Below the pieces are notes generated by a model. That model was not told the origin of the DNA, did no database searches, and worked only from the letters and a program-made list of their open reading frames with translations. A stretch of DNA of 64,000 bases from Eledone cirrhosa (taxonomy: Eukaryota), in assembly GCA_964016885.1 (NCBI GenBank), contig OZ024743.1, positions 63,054,001-63,118,000 of the forward strand. The letters are read 5' to 3'. How positions within the stretch are numbered: the stretch's first letter is position 1; each line of letters begins with the position of its first letter. The position numbers and the translations under genes were made by a program. This document shows, one piece after another, positions 12,366 through 26,277 of the stretch.

Positions 12366-15300
12366 ATAATAATAATAACAAATAATTTACTGAAGGTGAA
12401 CAAAAAAAAGAAAGATTTAAAAAAATATGCAAAGAGGAACATTTTGTGAAATAAAAATGATGTTTGGAATGTTGGCAACAATTACGAACTGATGGAAGTT
12501 ATTGTAAGTTATTTTGTTTAGTTGTAGGGTTTTGGTTAAAAAAACAAAACAAAAACAACAACAAAAACAAAAGGAAAACATTACATTTACCTGGCAGCAG
12601 GTAAGTCAGACTACCTGAATCTAATCATGCAACAAACTTAATAATAATAATAGAGGAAGAGGAGGTGGTGGTAGTGGCAACTGGAAATACTAACAGAAGC
12701 AGTCATTCTTTAGATGGAGCAATTTATATTTTGGTGGTGGTGGGTATTTATTTTTAATTCTATCTAGATTACAGATGATGATGATGATGCAATGGGGTTG
12801 TGTTAAGCTTGCTCCATATCTATGGCAAGTTGGATGGAGGATAAAACAAATAAATAAAAACACAGCACAACCAAAGGAAAAAAAGAGCGAAGTTCAACAA
12901 ACTTAATAGAATCAAGAGAGGAGGAGTTGTTGGATATTTGCCATGTCAATAAAACAGTCTGCTCATGAAATTGCATGCAAGTGGCTGAGCATTCCACAGA
13001 CATGTTCACTCTTAATGTAGTTCTCAAAGAGATTCAGCATGACACAGTGTGTGACAAGGCTGGCTCTTTAGATTACAGGTACAATTCATTTTTGCCAACT
13101 GATTGAACTAGAGCAATGTGAAATAAAGTGTCTTGCTCAAGAACACAAAGTACTCCCTGATCTGGGAATTGAACTCAAAGTACTACAACCATGAGCCCAG
13201 TACCCTAACCACTAAGCCACACAATTCACTAATCAGGAGAATATAACTAAAGTAGAAGTTAGCCTTGTGGAACCCCACGACAAGTTTATTCAAAATGGAT
13301 AAGCCAAGCATGAAAAGTTTTACAGGTACACTTTTACAACACTGTTCACTAGTATAGATATTATAAACATTTGAATTAACAAAGCCATTTAAAAATATTT
13401 ACTGCATCATCATTACCAGATTTTAAGAGTCATTTAACAACCATGCACATGGAACATGATGTCTAGCATAACTGACTGCATTGCATTAAACAGTTAACTA
13501 TTCTAATACTATAAATTTCCACAATCTGTCTACTGGTAAAGATACTATAAACATTCGAATTAACAATCCACTTTTTATACCTTTTCTGTTAAATTATTAT
13601 TGGATATTAAGAGTTCATTAATAACCATGTTTTTAGCATAACTAGACTGCATTGCATTAAATAGTAATGTCTTTATTCTGATACTCTAAATGTTCATTAC
13701 AATCTGTTCATTAGTAAAGATGTTATCACCATCTTAATTAACAAACCTGTTTTTTTTAAATATTACAAATATATTAAGAGTTAAACAAACACCAACAAGA
13801 ATATTTCTTAATGAAGGCCAATAAGAAATGTTTCAAATTTCCAAACAAAACAACATACGACTACCAAAACATTTAACCCTTTAGCATTTAAACTGGCCAT
13901 ATTCAGCCAGAATTCTCTCACCTCTTCCTGTTCAAACCAGCTGTAACCGCTTGCTCATACTTATGTTAAGGTATTGTTCTCAAAATAAATAATATCAAAA
14001 TCTCATAGATTCGATATTATGTGAGAAAGTATTTACCGTGAAAATACAATAGTAAATAGAAAGTAATATAAATGCTAAAGGGTTAGATGCGGAAGTGGAA
14101 GGAGAGGAACGATAAATACAAAATTATACAACAGAAAATGTCTTAGTAAACTACTGGAGCTGAGGAACATGCACAATCTGAGGTTATCAGGTATAAAACA
14201 ACAACAACAAAAATAAAAATAAACACAATACCCAGCAAAAACAGACTGGGCCAATGACATTAGAAGATCATGCCATTAGATAAATGGTCAACTGGTCTAG
14301 AATACACACACTGTTGGAGATTATTAGTTCTCTCGCTATATATATATGTAGAGAGAGAGAAAGAGAGAGAGAAAGAGAAAAAGAGAGAGAGAAAGAGAGA
14401 GAGAGGGGAGAGAAATACTAAGGAAACAGCATCTATATACCAGCTTTCAACATAAAATTTTCAATAACCAATCTTATCACAAGTTAATATACCCTTTGTG
14501 ATTATCTAATCAATATAATAACAATAATGGTTTCTTATATCGGCACAAGGCCAGTAAATTGGGGAGCGGGGGAGTTGACTAAATCAACCCCAGTGCATTA
14601 TTGGTGCTTTATTTTATCAACCCCATAAGGATGAAAGGTAAAGCTAACCATGGCTGGATTTGAACTCAGAAAGTAAAGGGCTATATCTAAATAATTGTTT
14701 CTACTTTAGGCACAAGGCCAGCAATTACCCAGTGCATTACTGGTACTTTATTTTATCGACTCCCGTAGGGATGAAAGGCAAAATCAACCTCGGCGGGATT
14801 TGAACTATATCTAAATAATGATAATAATACTGACAATAGAAATTCTTTTCCTTTTCTCAAAACATCTTTATCATGTCTTATATTCATATTTTTAAATGTT
14901 GTCAATGGAGTGATGTATTTTACATGTTAATGCAACAGACTTTACATATTTTTGGTGCAATGAATTGTACATATTATTGGTGCAACGAATTGTACATAAT
15001 GTTGGTGCAACAGATTTTTTTCAGTTGCATGAATGCCTTCCTTCCTAGCATTAATCACATGACTGAGATTGAGAGAAAGTCGGTTGAATAATTATTGAAA
15101 TACTTATTGAGTAAAAAGAAATCATTCTTGTGCTCAGACATTCATTATTATACATCTCTATACAGGAACTGCAGATATGATTATTACTTCCAATAATAAA
15201 AGACCATACCATTAAGATTTTGGATCATGTGGTACCATTGAATACACCCTTTCTAACTATATCATTGTTACCTCATATTATTCTTTGACTGGGTTTCAGT

Positions 15301-15583
15301 CATTTGACTGCAACCATGCTGGAGCATCACCTTAAAGTTGATCACATAGATCTCAGTATTTGTTTTTCAGGTCTGGCACTTATTCTATTGGTTTCTTTTT
15401 GTCAAACTGCTAAGTTACAGGACATGAACACTGACACACACACATATTATAAGATAGATATGCCATATGGTCGAGCTTAAACCGTTTCGATGGTGAATAA
15501 TGGTCTTAATAGTTTCAATTAGTAACATCTTATCTATCTATCTATCTCTATATATACACACATACATATACAAATATATATAT

Positions 15584-17371
15584 ATCATCATCATCGTTTT
15601 ACGTCTGTTCTTCCACGTTAGCATGGGTTAGACGGGTTGTCCTGTTGTGGACAGTGTCCGGTCGGCTGACCTTGTCTTGCTCATATGGCAACTGATTCTG
15701 GCTTGATTTCTACAGCTGGATGCCCTTCCTAACACCAACCACATTTACAGTGAGTGCTGGGTGCATTTTTTCCGTGGTGCCTACACGTCCACTTTACAGT
15801 GTGGGCTGGGTGCTTTTTTGCCGTGGCACCTCCACGACCACCTTGCGGTGGGGTGTGTGGGGGCATATTGTCTATGCTTCAGCTTTTACCCGTGGGGGGG
15901 GGGGGGGGTCTTCTGTATTACTGCGTGACGCCAGAGGTCATGGTCGTGTGTCATCGCCTTTGAGAGGTGTAATTGGGTAAGGTCGGCTTTTATCACCTCA
16001 TCCCAGGTCTTCTTCGGTCTCCCCACTCCGCGGTTTCCATCGACTTCTACTGCTCTGCACCTTCATACGCATCACATGTCCATACCAACGCAACCGCTTC
16101 TCCTGCACACAGCATTTGATTCCTCTTATGCTCAGTCTCTCTCTCAATTCATTTATGCTTTGCCGTTTGCGTATATTACTATTACACATCCATCGGAACA
16201 TGCAAGCTTTGTTTCTTTCTAATCTAGGCAAGTCTTCCACAGACAGCGCCCAGGTCTCACTACCATGTAACATTGCTGTTCGTATACACGCATCATACAG
16301 TCTGCATTTCATTTTGAGGGAAAGGCCTTTTGCCGCTAGCAGTGGCAGTAGCTCCCTGAACTTCTTCCATTCCGTTCTTACCCTAGTTATTGTACTTTCT
16401 GAACACCCACATCCGCTGCTAATTCGGTCACCTAGGCAGCAGAAGCTGTCTACTGTTTATACAGAGCCCTCCCAGAGTTTGGTGGTACTTGTTTCCTGTG
16501 GCTGTTTGCTGCTTGCTGTCCCAGCACAGCTGCTACATGTGAAGCCTACATTCTTAGTTAAGCTTCCTGAGATCCTGCTACATCTCTTGTGTACCCATTG
16601 TTTGCATTTGGGGCACAGAATGGAGTTCCTACCTACATCTTTCCTACATACTGAGCAAGGCCATTGCCCTGAGGGGATCTGGGTTCTGTTTTCTCGTCTA
16701 CTTACAAGGGCCTTAGGTTGATTTTGAGACCCTTTCTTTCTAGTCCCTGCTTCCAAGTTTGGAATTTCTTCTCTAGTTCTACCATAGATTCAGCTATAAG
16801 TGCGAGGTCATCTGCATATAGGAGTTCCCATGGCCGCCGGTCTTAAACTCCTCTGTTATTACCTGCAGGACTATGATGAACAGGAGAGGGCTAAGAACAG
16901 AGCCCTGGTGGACACCGACCTGTATGCTAAATTCCTCGCTATACTCATTGCTAATCCTAACTTTGCTGACTGCTCCCCTACACATGGCTTGAACCGCTTT
17001 CACAAGCCATTCATCTACTCCTAGTTTTCTAAGAGCCCACCAGATTATAGCACGGGGAACTCTGTGAAAGGATTTCTCGAGATCGATGAATGCCAGGTAG
17101 AGTGGCTTACTTTTAGCTAGGTACTTTTCCTGTAACTGCCTCACAAGAAAGAGGACATCAGTGGTGCCTCTTCCTAGCACAAACCCAAATTGCATCTCAT
17201 CTAGTTTCACCTGGTCCCTAATCAACTGTGCTATAACTCTTTCTGTTACTTTCCTGACCTGGTCCATCAGCTTTATAGCTCTATAGTTTCCTCTATCTAG
17301 TGCATCACCTATACCTTTGTAGCAGTTGACAATGATGCTACTGCACCAATCCTTTGGTATGACACCTTCAT
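15584..17371 (-). mobile_element. RTE-A LINE, older subfamily, 5'-truncated and frameshifted
   Basis: ORFs 16794..17267 ([20 protein letters not shown]), 16457..16756 (C4HC3 finger) and 15998..16312 (LRWYGHVMR). (GAT)n tail. A matching 3' UTR fragment lies at about 45344-45620. Confidence 0.9.
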
Positions 17372-18170
17372 GGCTGTGTCGTTGAACTCTTCAACCACAC
17401 AACCATGCATGTGCTCATATTAGGCAATACACTCCTGGGATGTTAGGATTACATAACACAGAGTTATGAGAGAAGGTATTCCTAATTCTTTTTAGAATTT
17501 TTGTGTTATTATCTTTATTGTGTTGTATAACACACACACTACTGAGTCCTGTTATAGGATAGAGATACACTAGAAATGAGGCACCCAGGGCACAGAAAGC
17601 TGGAACAAATATCACAAGACATATTCTGCCATGGTCTAATGACCCTACTCAGCTATCTCATTGCTTTATTTACTTCTCTCCTGTGCAACCACTTGTGGGT
17701 GATGGGTCAAACATCTGGGGATCACTAATCTGATAAGTTAGAGGACACACTGCAGTATTTGTACTTGTGTTAGCAGGTTCAGCTTTAGGAGATGCAAATG
17801 AACAGGCCACTCATGCATGGTAATTAAAGACATGTGGTGTGGATTGTTGACCAGTCTTGATTGCAACAGAGGATACCATACATGAGAGGACCAGATATTA
17901 GCTCAAGATCTGACTTGATCCTACCAATCCAGATTTTCAGTTATCTACCTCACTGTTTACACTATTTTTTAAGGGTTCTGCAGTGGTTTCCAGTTGCTTT
18001 GTCTGGACTAATAGGAATATTTATAAGAAACACTGGAGTACTAAACAGTATGTTGCTATAGTAACGATAGAGAGACTGAGTTATTGAGAGTTAAATTAAG
18101 TTTTGTTTGGTAGGACACATGACATCCAGTGGACCTTTTGATTTGTGACTCTTTATTAAATTCATAATTA

Positions 18171-18800
18171 TCTATATATATAAAACTTAGGATGTCTGCC
18201 TGTGTGTGTGTGTGTGAGTTTGAATCCCTAAAACTCGAGAACCACCCAACCGACTGTTTTCAAACTTTACACATGTAATACTTATGTTTCAGGGAGTGTT
18301 CTGAGTAAAAGAAATTTCAAATTTTCATGGCCCTAGGGACCGCATTAGGCGATCTCTCCCTATAATTGTTAGTCTTTCTCTTTTTAGATAGATACATACA
18401 TATAACGTTACGCCCTTATATCTGTCTGTATGTCTGGCTGTCTGCATTACGTCACTTCCCTGAGGATGTCTGTGTGTGTGTGTGAGTTTGAATCCCTAAA
18501 ACTCGAGAAGTACCCAACTGATTTTTTTCAAACTTTACATGTGTATTACTTATGTTTCAGGGAGTGTTATGCACATAAAAAAAAAAAATCAACTTTTTGA
18601 TCTCCTAGGGCCCGCATTAGGTGAAAACCTGCATTTTTCCTGCTTCATCGAGGAAAATCTTAAAGATTATCCAGCCATCAGAGTATTCAGTTTATTTTCT
18701 TTACATATTGTCCAGGCATGCAGTTTTTCCACGATTAGGTCTGTTGGTGGCCTGCGTTCCAAAATAGCTTATCCCGTGCAACGCCGGGTACCACTGCTAG
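18171..18800 (+). mobile_element. Non-autonomous Helitron
   Basis: Inserted at A|T with no TSD. 5' TC, 3' hairpin CCCGTGC-aac-GCCGGG then CTAG (18797-18800). Its 5' segment is repeated internally (about 18190-18340 vs 18463-18620). Confidence 0.8.
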
Positions 18801-20602
18801 TGTAATATAAAACCACAATGAGTAGCTCAACATGAATTAATGAAGGATTTTGGTGCTGGAGGTCATTATAAACATTTTATGGTATGTGCTGAAAATTCTC
18901 ACAAATCTGAAATACAGACACACAAAAGGCATTAAATTAACCCTTTTGATACCAAACACCTGAAACCACCCATCTTTCTATTATACAAAGCTGTTTTTTA
19001 AAGACTTTATGTCTATCTAAAACTCTTCCATCATAATTCTATTTAAAAACCTTTGTTAAGTTATATTCTGTTTTAAACTCGAGCTTGATAATGAGAAAGT
19101 TAGTTACTTTATTTAATCCCTCCATTATTTAAATTATTATTTTCAAAATTATTTGAAAATAATAAACAGTGTCTTTCATTAGAAATATGGTAATGCAAGA
19201 GTTGTTCCTAATAGCAGCTTAATGTAGAAGTTATATTACTAAATCCCTCCAAATTCTTGGTTATTATTTGAAAATCATAACAAAAAGGTTAATGACAGAA
19301 AAATACAATGGTAGAGATAATAAGGAATGACCAGGGATTACCAGTAATAAATTTTAAGTAGTATTAATTATTCAGAGGAATAAAACACACACAAACAAAA
19401 ACAAAAAACGGAATATTCATTAAAACCAGAAACAAGTTTAAGTATGTAGTCAACAAAACAATTGGCACTGGTATTTGCTTCCTATAAAATCAATCTATTG
19501 TAGTTTGTTATAGAAGAACCACGTAAGTATAGCAATTATATCATTAAATCATTTTAACCATTCAAAAATATACAAAAACTGATAACTTCACTTTAAATTT
19601 TATCATTTATTTCTTATAAAAATTCCCATTGCACATTTTGTGACCTGGTCATTAACCCTTTAACATTTAAACCGGCCATATCCAGCCAGAATTCTCTCAC
19701 CTCTTTCTGTTCAAACTGGCTGTAACCATCTCCTCATAGTAATGTCAAAATAAATAATATCAAAATCTCAGATTTGATATTATGTGAAATAATTATGTGA
19801 GGTAAAGCCTATACCATGAAAATACAATAGTAAATATAGAGTAATGAAAATACTAAAGGGTTGATATAGTTTCAGTGCAACTCTGTATGACAGCTACAGC
19901 AAGACATAAATGATAAATATAACTATAAAGTTAACAGTGTTTGTATGTTTTTGAATGGTTAAAATGACTACCACAAAGTAACTGCTTCAGTTTCAACACA
20001 GTCTTAGATCAAGTCACTTGCCAATCAAATACAACTTTTAAACATGTATTATATATTTTATTAGCAGAAATGCATCTTAAAAACACATCTGTAATGCATG
20101 CTGCTGCATTAAAGATACTTTTGTATGACAGTTGATTTCTTTGATGTTAAGCTTTTCCAAGGAAAAATACAAAAAAATTAAAATGGCATAAAAAATCTCA
20201 TACAAGTTTGGAAAGGTTTAACATTAAACTAATCAACTAAAACAGTCATATCTTCAATCCAACATGCAAGCATATAACACACTAAAAAAATAACTCCTTA
20301 AAAACTCTTAAAAAAAATAAAAAGAAAGCTCAAAAGCTTAGTTTATTTCCTACTTTAGTAGCATTCCAATAATATACTGACCTCCAGGAAAGAAGAATAT
20401 TGCTGTAATGGTAGTTAAAATAAAGAATACAGCACAGTGGTACATTGGTAAGAAGACATTAAGAATATTTGGAGATGTAAAAGCAAGAAGCATATGCAGC
20501 CATATTAGCTGAATATCACTAATAAGAAAGCCACAACAGATCAGGCTGTCCTAACTCACAACCAGCTACTGTACACACAAGTAACGTATACATACCTCCT
20601 AT

Positions 20603-20646
<44 letters not shown>

Positions 20647-21156
20647 ACAGATACACACACACAGAGGGGCACAATATATATATACACACAGACACACATA
20701 CAGAGGGACACTATATATATATATAATCATCATCATTGTTTTTATGTCCACTTTTCCATGCTTGCATGATATACATACATATATATATATACAGACAGAC
20801 ACACACATATACAGATAGTGTCCCAAAAGACATCTAAGTATATAAACATTTATACTAAAACATGCATGATATTTAACTTTCGAATACCTTGGCGATTTTT
20901 GGAACTCCCAGAATGAGTGTGTGTGTGTATGAACACTTAGTAGATACGAAAAGAAATTAGGTAGGATAAAGGAACATTAAGACATAGATCCTATCAACAG
21001 AACCAAAAATATTTCTATGGTCAAGGTTTCTTTATATTTTACCTTTCATATATTCTCTTCCCCCCAACCCCAGTTTTCAAGATTTCATAATTGTGATAAC
21101 CAAAAGGAAAAAATATTAAACTAGATCTATGAGGAACTGGATTGTCCAGAAATTAT

Positions 21157-21328
21157 TTAACCCTTTAGCATTTAAACTGGTTATATCTGGCCAGAATTCT
21201 CTCACCTCTTTCTGTTTAAACTGGTCATATTCAGCCACTCATACTGATTTTAAGGTATTGTTCTCAAAATAAATATCAAAATCCAATAGATTCGATATTA
21301 CGTGAGATAAAGCCTTTACCACAAAAAT

Positions 21329-21381
<53 letters not shown>

Positions 21382-21404
21382 TAATGTAAATGCTAAAGGG
21401 TTAA
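21157..21404. mobile_element. piggyBac-type MITE family 1 (TTAA-CCCTTTAGCATTTA...TAAATGCTAAAGGG-TTAA)
   Basis: 14-bp TIR and TTAA TSD; internal (TA)n expansion in this copy. Other copies: 10961-11190, 13873-14086, 19652-19864, 37879-38107 (reversed). Confidence 0.8.
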
Positions 21405-23269
21405 TAACAAGTTTCATATTGGTTCTCTTCACAATCACAAGGCTCTGGGTTTGATCCTCTGTGGTAACTTGGGCAAATATCATTTACCATAGCCTCAGTT
21501 TGACTCAATCTTTAGGAGTAAATCTGGATAGACAGTGTTTGGAAATATGTCAAATACACTGTACCTATAATTCAAGTAAGTTGTTCTATTGACTGAATAA
21601 CTGAAACACTCATCATCGAAACCAACAGAGGTTCACCACATTCCTTCATTATAGCCAGAATCTGTCCAGTAGACTTTTGACAAATTGTAGTCCATCCAAA
21701 TAGCTGAAGCTAAGCTATGGACAGAGGCAACAACAGTCTGCTGAAGCTTGTCCAAGAGACACTTAACCTAATCATAATTAGACTTCAGGCAAGACAGGCT
21801 GTGTAACTAGCTATAGATCTTACTATAATTATCTTAATACCAAACTACTTAAAAACCTCTCTGGTTCTATGATACAAAACTATTTGTTTTAAAGTGTTTA
21901 TATTTATCCGAAGTTATGCTCCAAACACCAACTTAATATAAAAACGTTAGTTATATTACTCAGTTCTTGAAAATGATAGATTATTTTCAAAATTATTTGA
22001 AAACCAGTGTTTTTCTAGATTAACTTCAGATAATACAAGACAACATATACTGTCTATATTAAAACAACAGACTAGCTTTTTATCTACTTCTTATACTAAA
22101 TCTATTGTCTATCCCTTATACTACATAATCGTAGCAATGAAATGTAATAAGAGTTTCCCACCTAAAATTGATTTGATATTCATAGGTATAACAATAAAGT
22201 AAGGGTACATTTAATGGGGAAACATTTAATATAAAGTAGGGATCACATATAAGGTAGGGGAACATATATAATATATACAGGGTAGGAGACTATTCATATA
22301 TATGGCTATATATAAGCATATATATAAGGTTGAGGAATAATATATATGTGTATATATAGGGACATATACAAGCTGGAGGAATGTATGGACATATATAAAG
22401 GTGGGGTAACTTTTTTTTATATAAGGACCACAAATCCAAGACCAAGGAATACATATGATACTAGCTTGATGAACAAAATATATAAAATATCATGCAATGA
22501 TGATAGCAAGAGCTGAAGAAACTTATAGTCACTTTTATTATGGCAATCTGCTGGCAAGAAAAACAAGATCAAAATATGGTCAGCAACATGGAGTGTTGAA
22601 AAATAAAGTGAGATTTAATATTTCTGATTGTTGGAGAGGAGTGTAAGAAACATAGATGTTTTATGTTTAACTACATTTGTTTTTGTTTTCTCATTTTTTT
22701 TTTTTTTTTGCATTCCCTCCTCATGATATTTGAAGAAAAAACTTCTTTCATTTACAAACAGCTGGATAAAAGTTTAACCGTTTTGATAACAACCCGACCT
22801 AAGTTTTATGGAACAAAACCAGCCTTTTTAATGGGGCCCTATTTAATTGTCTTGCGATTGTATTTCGGTTGAAATACATTATTTCAATTAATTAATGAAG
22901 AATTTTGAGGGATTCACTAAAATTATTAATTACTTCATTACTTATATGGTTCTTATATAATTTTATCTTGGAAGATTTTAATCTATATATAATCCTTTAA
23001 AGTGGGTGGTTTTCTTTCATAAAACTAGAGCTGGTTTTGGCCGGGTTTCTTCAAAAACCTTTGAACATAATTTGATATAAAGAACCATATGTTAAGTTAC
23101 AAACACCATCTTAATAATGAAATAATTAGTAAGTTTAGTAATCCCCACCCACAAAACAAATTCTATATTATAAATATAGGCCACAGAAAGGAACTATAAC
23201 TAGGACGTATTTTATTGAGTGTATAACTAACATTTTGCAAATCCTATCAATAATCAGCCTATATAAAAT

Positions 23270-23636
23270 TACAAAGGGTCTTTGGAGTAACATAACTAGA
23301 GAGAGTGCATAGCTCGGAGATCAGAAAGCCACTCCAGAAAGACCACTACTTCTCCAAATTGAGAGATTACAGCTCCGATATTATAGATATTGTTAAAATG
23401 TTTCAGGAAAGAATCGCTGGACGGATTTTACGGGCAAAAACCAACTGCAGGAGACCCAGGGGTAGACCCCAAGCAAGATGATTGGATAACGGCCATGAGC
23501 TTGGCTGGTCTTGCTTGGAGATCCAGCCAGATCAGTAGGAAATGGTTGCTTCTGACAGAATCCGCTGAAAGGAGTGTTTGAGGATTCTGCCCCAACAATC
23601 CTCTCAAGATTAAGTGGATGAAGAAAAGAAGAAGAC
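23270..23636 (+). mobile_element. 3' fragment of RTE family C, paralogous to 1-445
   Basis: Colinear similarity to 80-445 (ccactacttctcc, aaaaccaactg, ggagtgtttgaggattctgcccc, taagtggatgaa). Confidence 0.75.
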
Positions 23637-24585
23637 TACAGTAGGAGAAAAAGCCAAGTTAACCACTTGACAGGTTTTAAATTCACTAGTATGAGAGGCA
23701 GAACTACAAAGGAGTGCAATACTTAGTCTGTCCCTATGACTCTCTCAGGAATAAGTGGGCAAAGAAGATTAAATAAAATATGCAATATCATACATATTTA
23801 CCAATATGTATTTATCTGGGTATGATTTGTTTCACTCTTTGTGTATGTTTATTGGGATGTAGGAAATATCAATTGAACTACTGAAATATAATGGATACCA
23901 AGAAAAAATATGTGTGCTTGCAAGGGAAAAATAAATGGTTGTAACTGCTAGTGGTCATAAGTTATGCAGGTTGTATCTCAAGAAATATCAGTATATTTAT
24001 ATCCAACTTAAGACAATGTTATTCAGGATAAAGTGTGAAGAGTTGGTGGATAAGGCAGTCAAGACCAGGTATGCAGATACTATTGCATCCAAATTCAGAG
24101 AACACCCTGAGCAAACTGAGGACGTTGAAACAGAGTGAAGATTGTTCAGCTCAGCAGTTAAATGTTGTGTATTTGTATATCAAATTTAGGATGATGTTAC
24201 TATTGCAACATTTAAGTTTGATATTTGCTCTATGTGACAGTGAATGCAAGAAGCTGTGATGTATATCAAAAAAAAAAAAAAAAAAAAAAAAATGCAAGTA
24301 TCTGTGCATGAGCCTGCATAATAGTGATTCAGCTCACCTGAGGGTCTACTCCAACAATTGGTACATATTTTGGTAACCCTGGGGGTGTTTTTATGCTACT
24401 TTGGTTCATAGACCAGCAGCACAAATTTGGACAACCCATAGTTCTTATGACCAGCAAATTGTGAATTAAGAAGTATAACAATGGAAGTAGAAGTATAGCA
24501 AGCCCTCCTCAGGAGCTACACTAAAAGTCTGCCTGGGGGCAGATGTTTGCCTAGTATATGTATATACATATTTATATATACTTAC

Positions 24586-24678
24586 ATGATCGTTAGCCTT
24601 GAAAGAATCTGAGTCTCTACCTCCAGCTATGCTGAAACCAAGACCACTCTTATCTCGGATAAGTGATGTAGATATTGT
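24586..24678 (-). CDS. scrib: scribble exon, PDZ2 N-terminal part, 31 codons
   Basis: ttcttcttcag|ACA...GATCAT|gtaagt. Translates TISTSLIRDKSGLGFSIAGGRDSDSFKANDH (GLGF loop). Confidence 0.93.
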
Positions 24679-25109
24679 CTGAAGAAGAAAAGAAAGAAAT
24701 GACAAACCCATCAATTCGAATAAGTTTTCAGTATAAAATGTTAAAGTATTACAACAAAGTCTTAATAGGAATAAGGTAACAAAATGGTTAAAATTCAAGA
24801 GACTTTCAACTCAGTTTGAAAATAATCAAGAATTTGGAATTTAAATGTTGTTTGAGAGAAAGAGTAGTTTAACCTTTTTGATACAAAACAGTACTAGTTC
24901 TAAGATACAAAACTTAGTGTTAAAGTGTTCAAATTTATTGAAAAAAAAAAATCCACCATAATTTTATGTAAGAACCTTTGATAAATTATGTTCCAAACAC
25001 CAAATAAATACTGTGAAAGTTACTTATATGACTAAATCACTTCAAAGTTTTAATTATTTAAAAAATAATAGGGCCGTGTTTTTCATTACAAATGTTGTAA
25101 TAAAACGGT

Positions 25110-25314
25110 TAATCTTTTTGAAGCCAACCTGGCCAAGATTTTATGAAACAAAATTACCTATTTGAAAATGTTCTTAAATTCAAATCTTCCAACATAATTT
25201 TGTATAAGAACCATTAGTTACGTTACTATTTTAGTAATGAAATCTATCAAAACTCTTCATTAAGTAATTGAAACAGAATGTATTTCATTAGAAATATAAC
25301 TAGAAAAGGGTTAA
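25110..25314. mobile_element. piggyBac-type MITE family 2 (TTAACCCTTTTGATACC...GGTAAYRAAAGGGTTAA), representative copy
   Basis: Many diverged copies with TTAA ends, e.g. about 2228-2494, 5215-5475, 18937-19203, 24869-25113, 35900-36098, 36473-36665, 45868-46094, 53637-53897 (reversed). Confidence 0.7.
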
Positions 25315-25360
25315 TGGAATATTTTATTGAAACTCTTATCCATAAAGCAAGTTAACACAC

Positions 25361-25438
25361 CTCGCCATAAACCTCCATTTCTGGTTCTTTTGTAAAGCTC
25401 ACTGTAGCAATACCGGTATTGAGTTCTTCCTCGGCCAC
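25361..25438 (-). CDS. scrib: scribble exon, PDZ1-PDZ2 linker, 26 codons
   Basis: tttttttccaatcttctttgtag|GTG...GGCGAG|gtgtgt, phase 0-0, open: VAEEELNTGIATVSFTKEPEMEVYGE. Fills the expected linker. This frame is not in the ORF track. Confidence 0.8.
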
Positions 25439-25603
25439 CTACAAAGAAGATTGGAAAAAAATTTGTTAGAACTATAAAGAAAATCAATATTTTTTTTTTA
25501 AGTTGATATAGGATATTTTCCCATGTGCCTCTATATATACATGCAATTACACATACAGATGTCCATGAATGTAAACTTACTATTGGGTGGTTGTTAACTA
25601 CAA

Positions 25604-25646
<43 letters not shown>

Positions 25647-25667
25647 CACATACACATATATATACAC

Positions 25668-26277
25668 ATGGTGGCTGCCAACTCGTTTTCGAATACGGCC
25701 ACTACTTTATATCCATGTAGGAGAACCCCTACCGATGGGCTGAACGAGTGTGACTTTTTAGTCCAGCCAGCGACTTGAAAACTCTGGTACAAACACTACA
25801 CTTGTGACAATTATTGACACATAGTGCTGGGCCCATGGTACCATGTGACGACAAGTGCAGAGAGATCTCCAGATATAAAGCAATGCCTGTGCCGTGAAGC
25901 TTTTATAGTGAGCAAAGGCACTGCACAAAGCCAGTCCCACTCTCTTAACCGAGATGATATTTACCAAAAAGAAGAACAAGTCAACATCATTGGATACCAT
26001 CAGGGTTGCAGGTGTTATATCAGAGTTTTCCTTCTCCTAGAATTCTGCCTTGACAAAGGCTAAGGGGTGATCTCTCCCAGTGATTTTGGATGGCCATTGA
26101 CTCTTAAGAGCTCCTTTGCCCTTTGACAGGTTTTGTTTTTAGTTCAGCAGGATGTCCAAAGTCACCCTCCTCACAAAGAAACCTTGGTGGGGTTGCCAGT
26201 TTAGTCGCCAACGACCCGGCCATCAGACAGGTTGTACTGGGATACATGTTACCAGTAGCACCAACCGGTGACCTGAC
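25668..26277 (-). mobile_element. Bipartite non-autonomous RTE derivative (SINE-like, ~610 bp), full length
   Basis: Near-identical to 58673-59282. RTE-type 5' UTR motifs (CTAGGAGAAGGAAAACTCTG, AAAACCTGTCAAAGGGC), a C2H2 remnant [17 protein letters not shown] and a 3' end GGCAGCCACCAT running into TA repeat. Confidence 0.8.

Noticed and set aside
17372-18070. Possible ancient LINE endonuclease remnant on the plus strand (LGDAN...SSRSDLIL)
   Set aside because: Motifs are too degraded and interrupted to call without a profile search.
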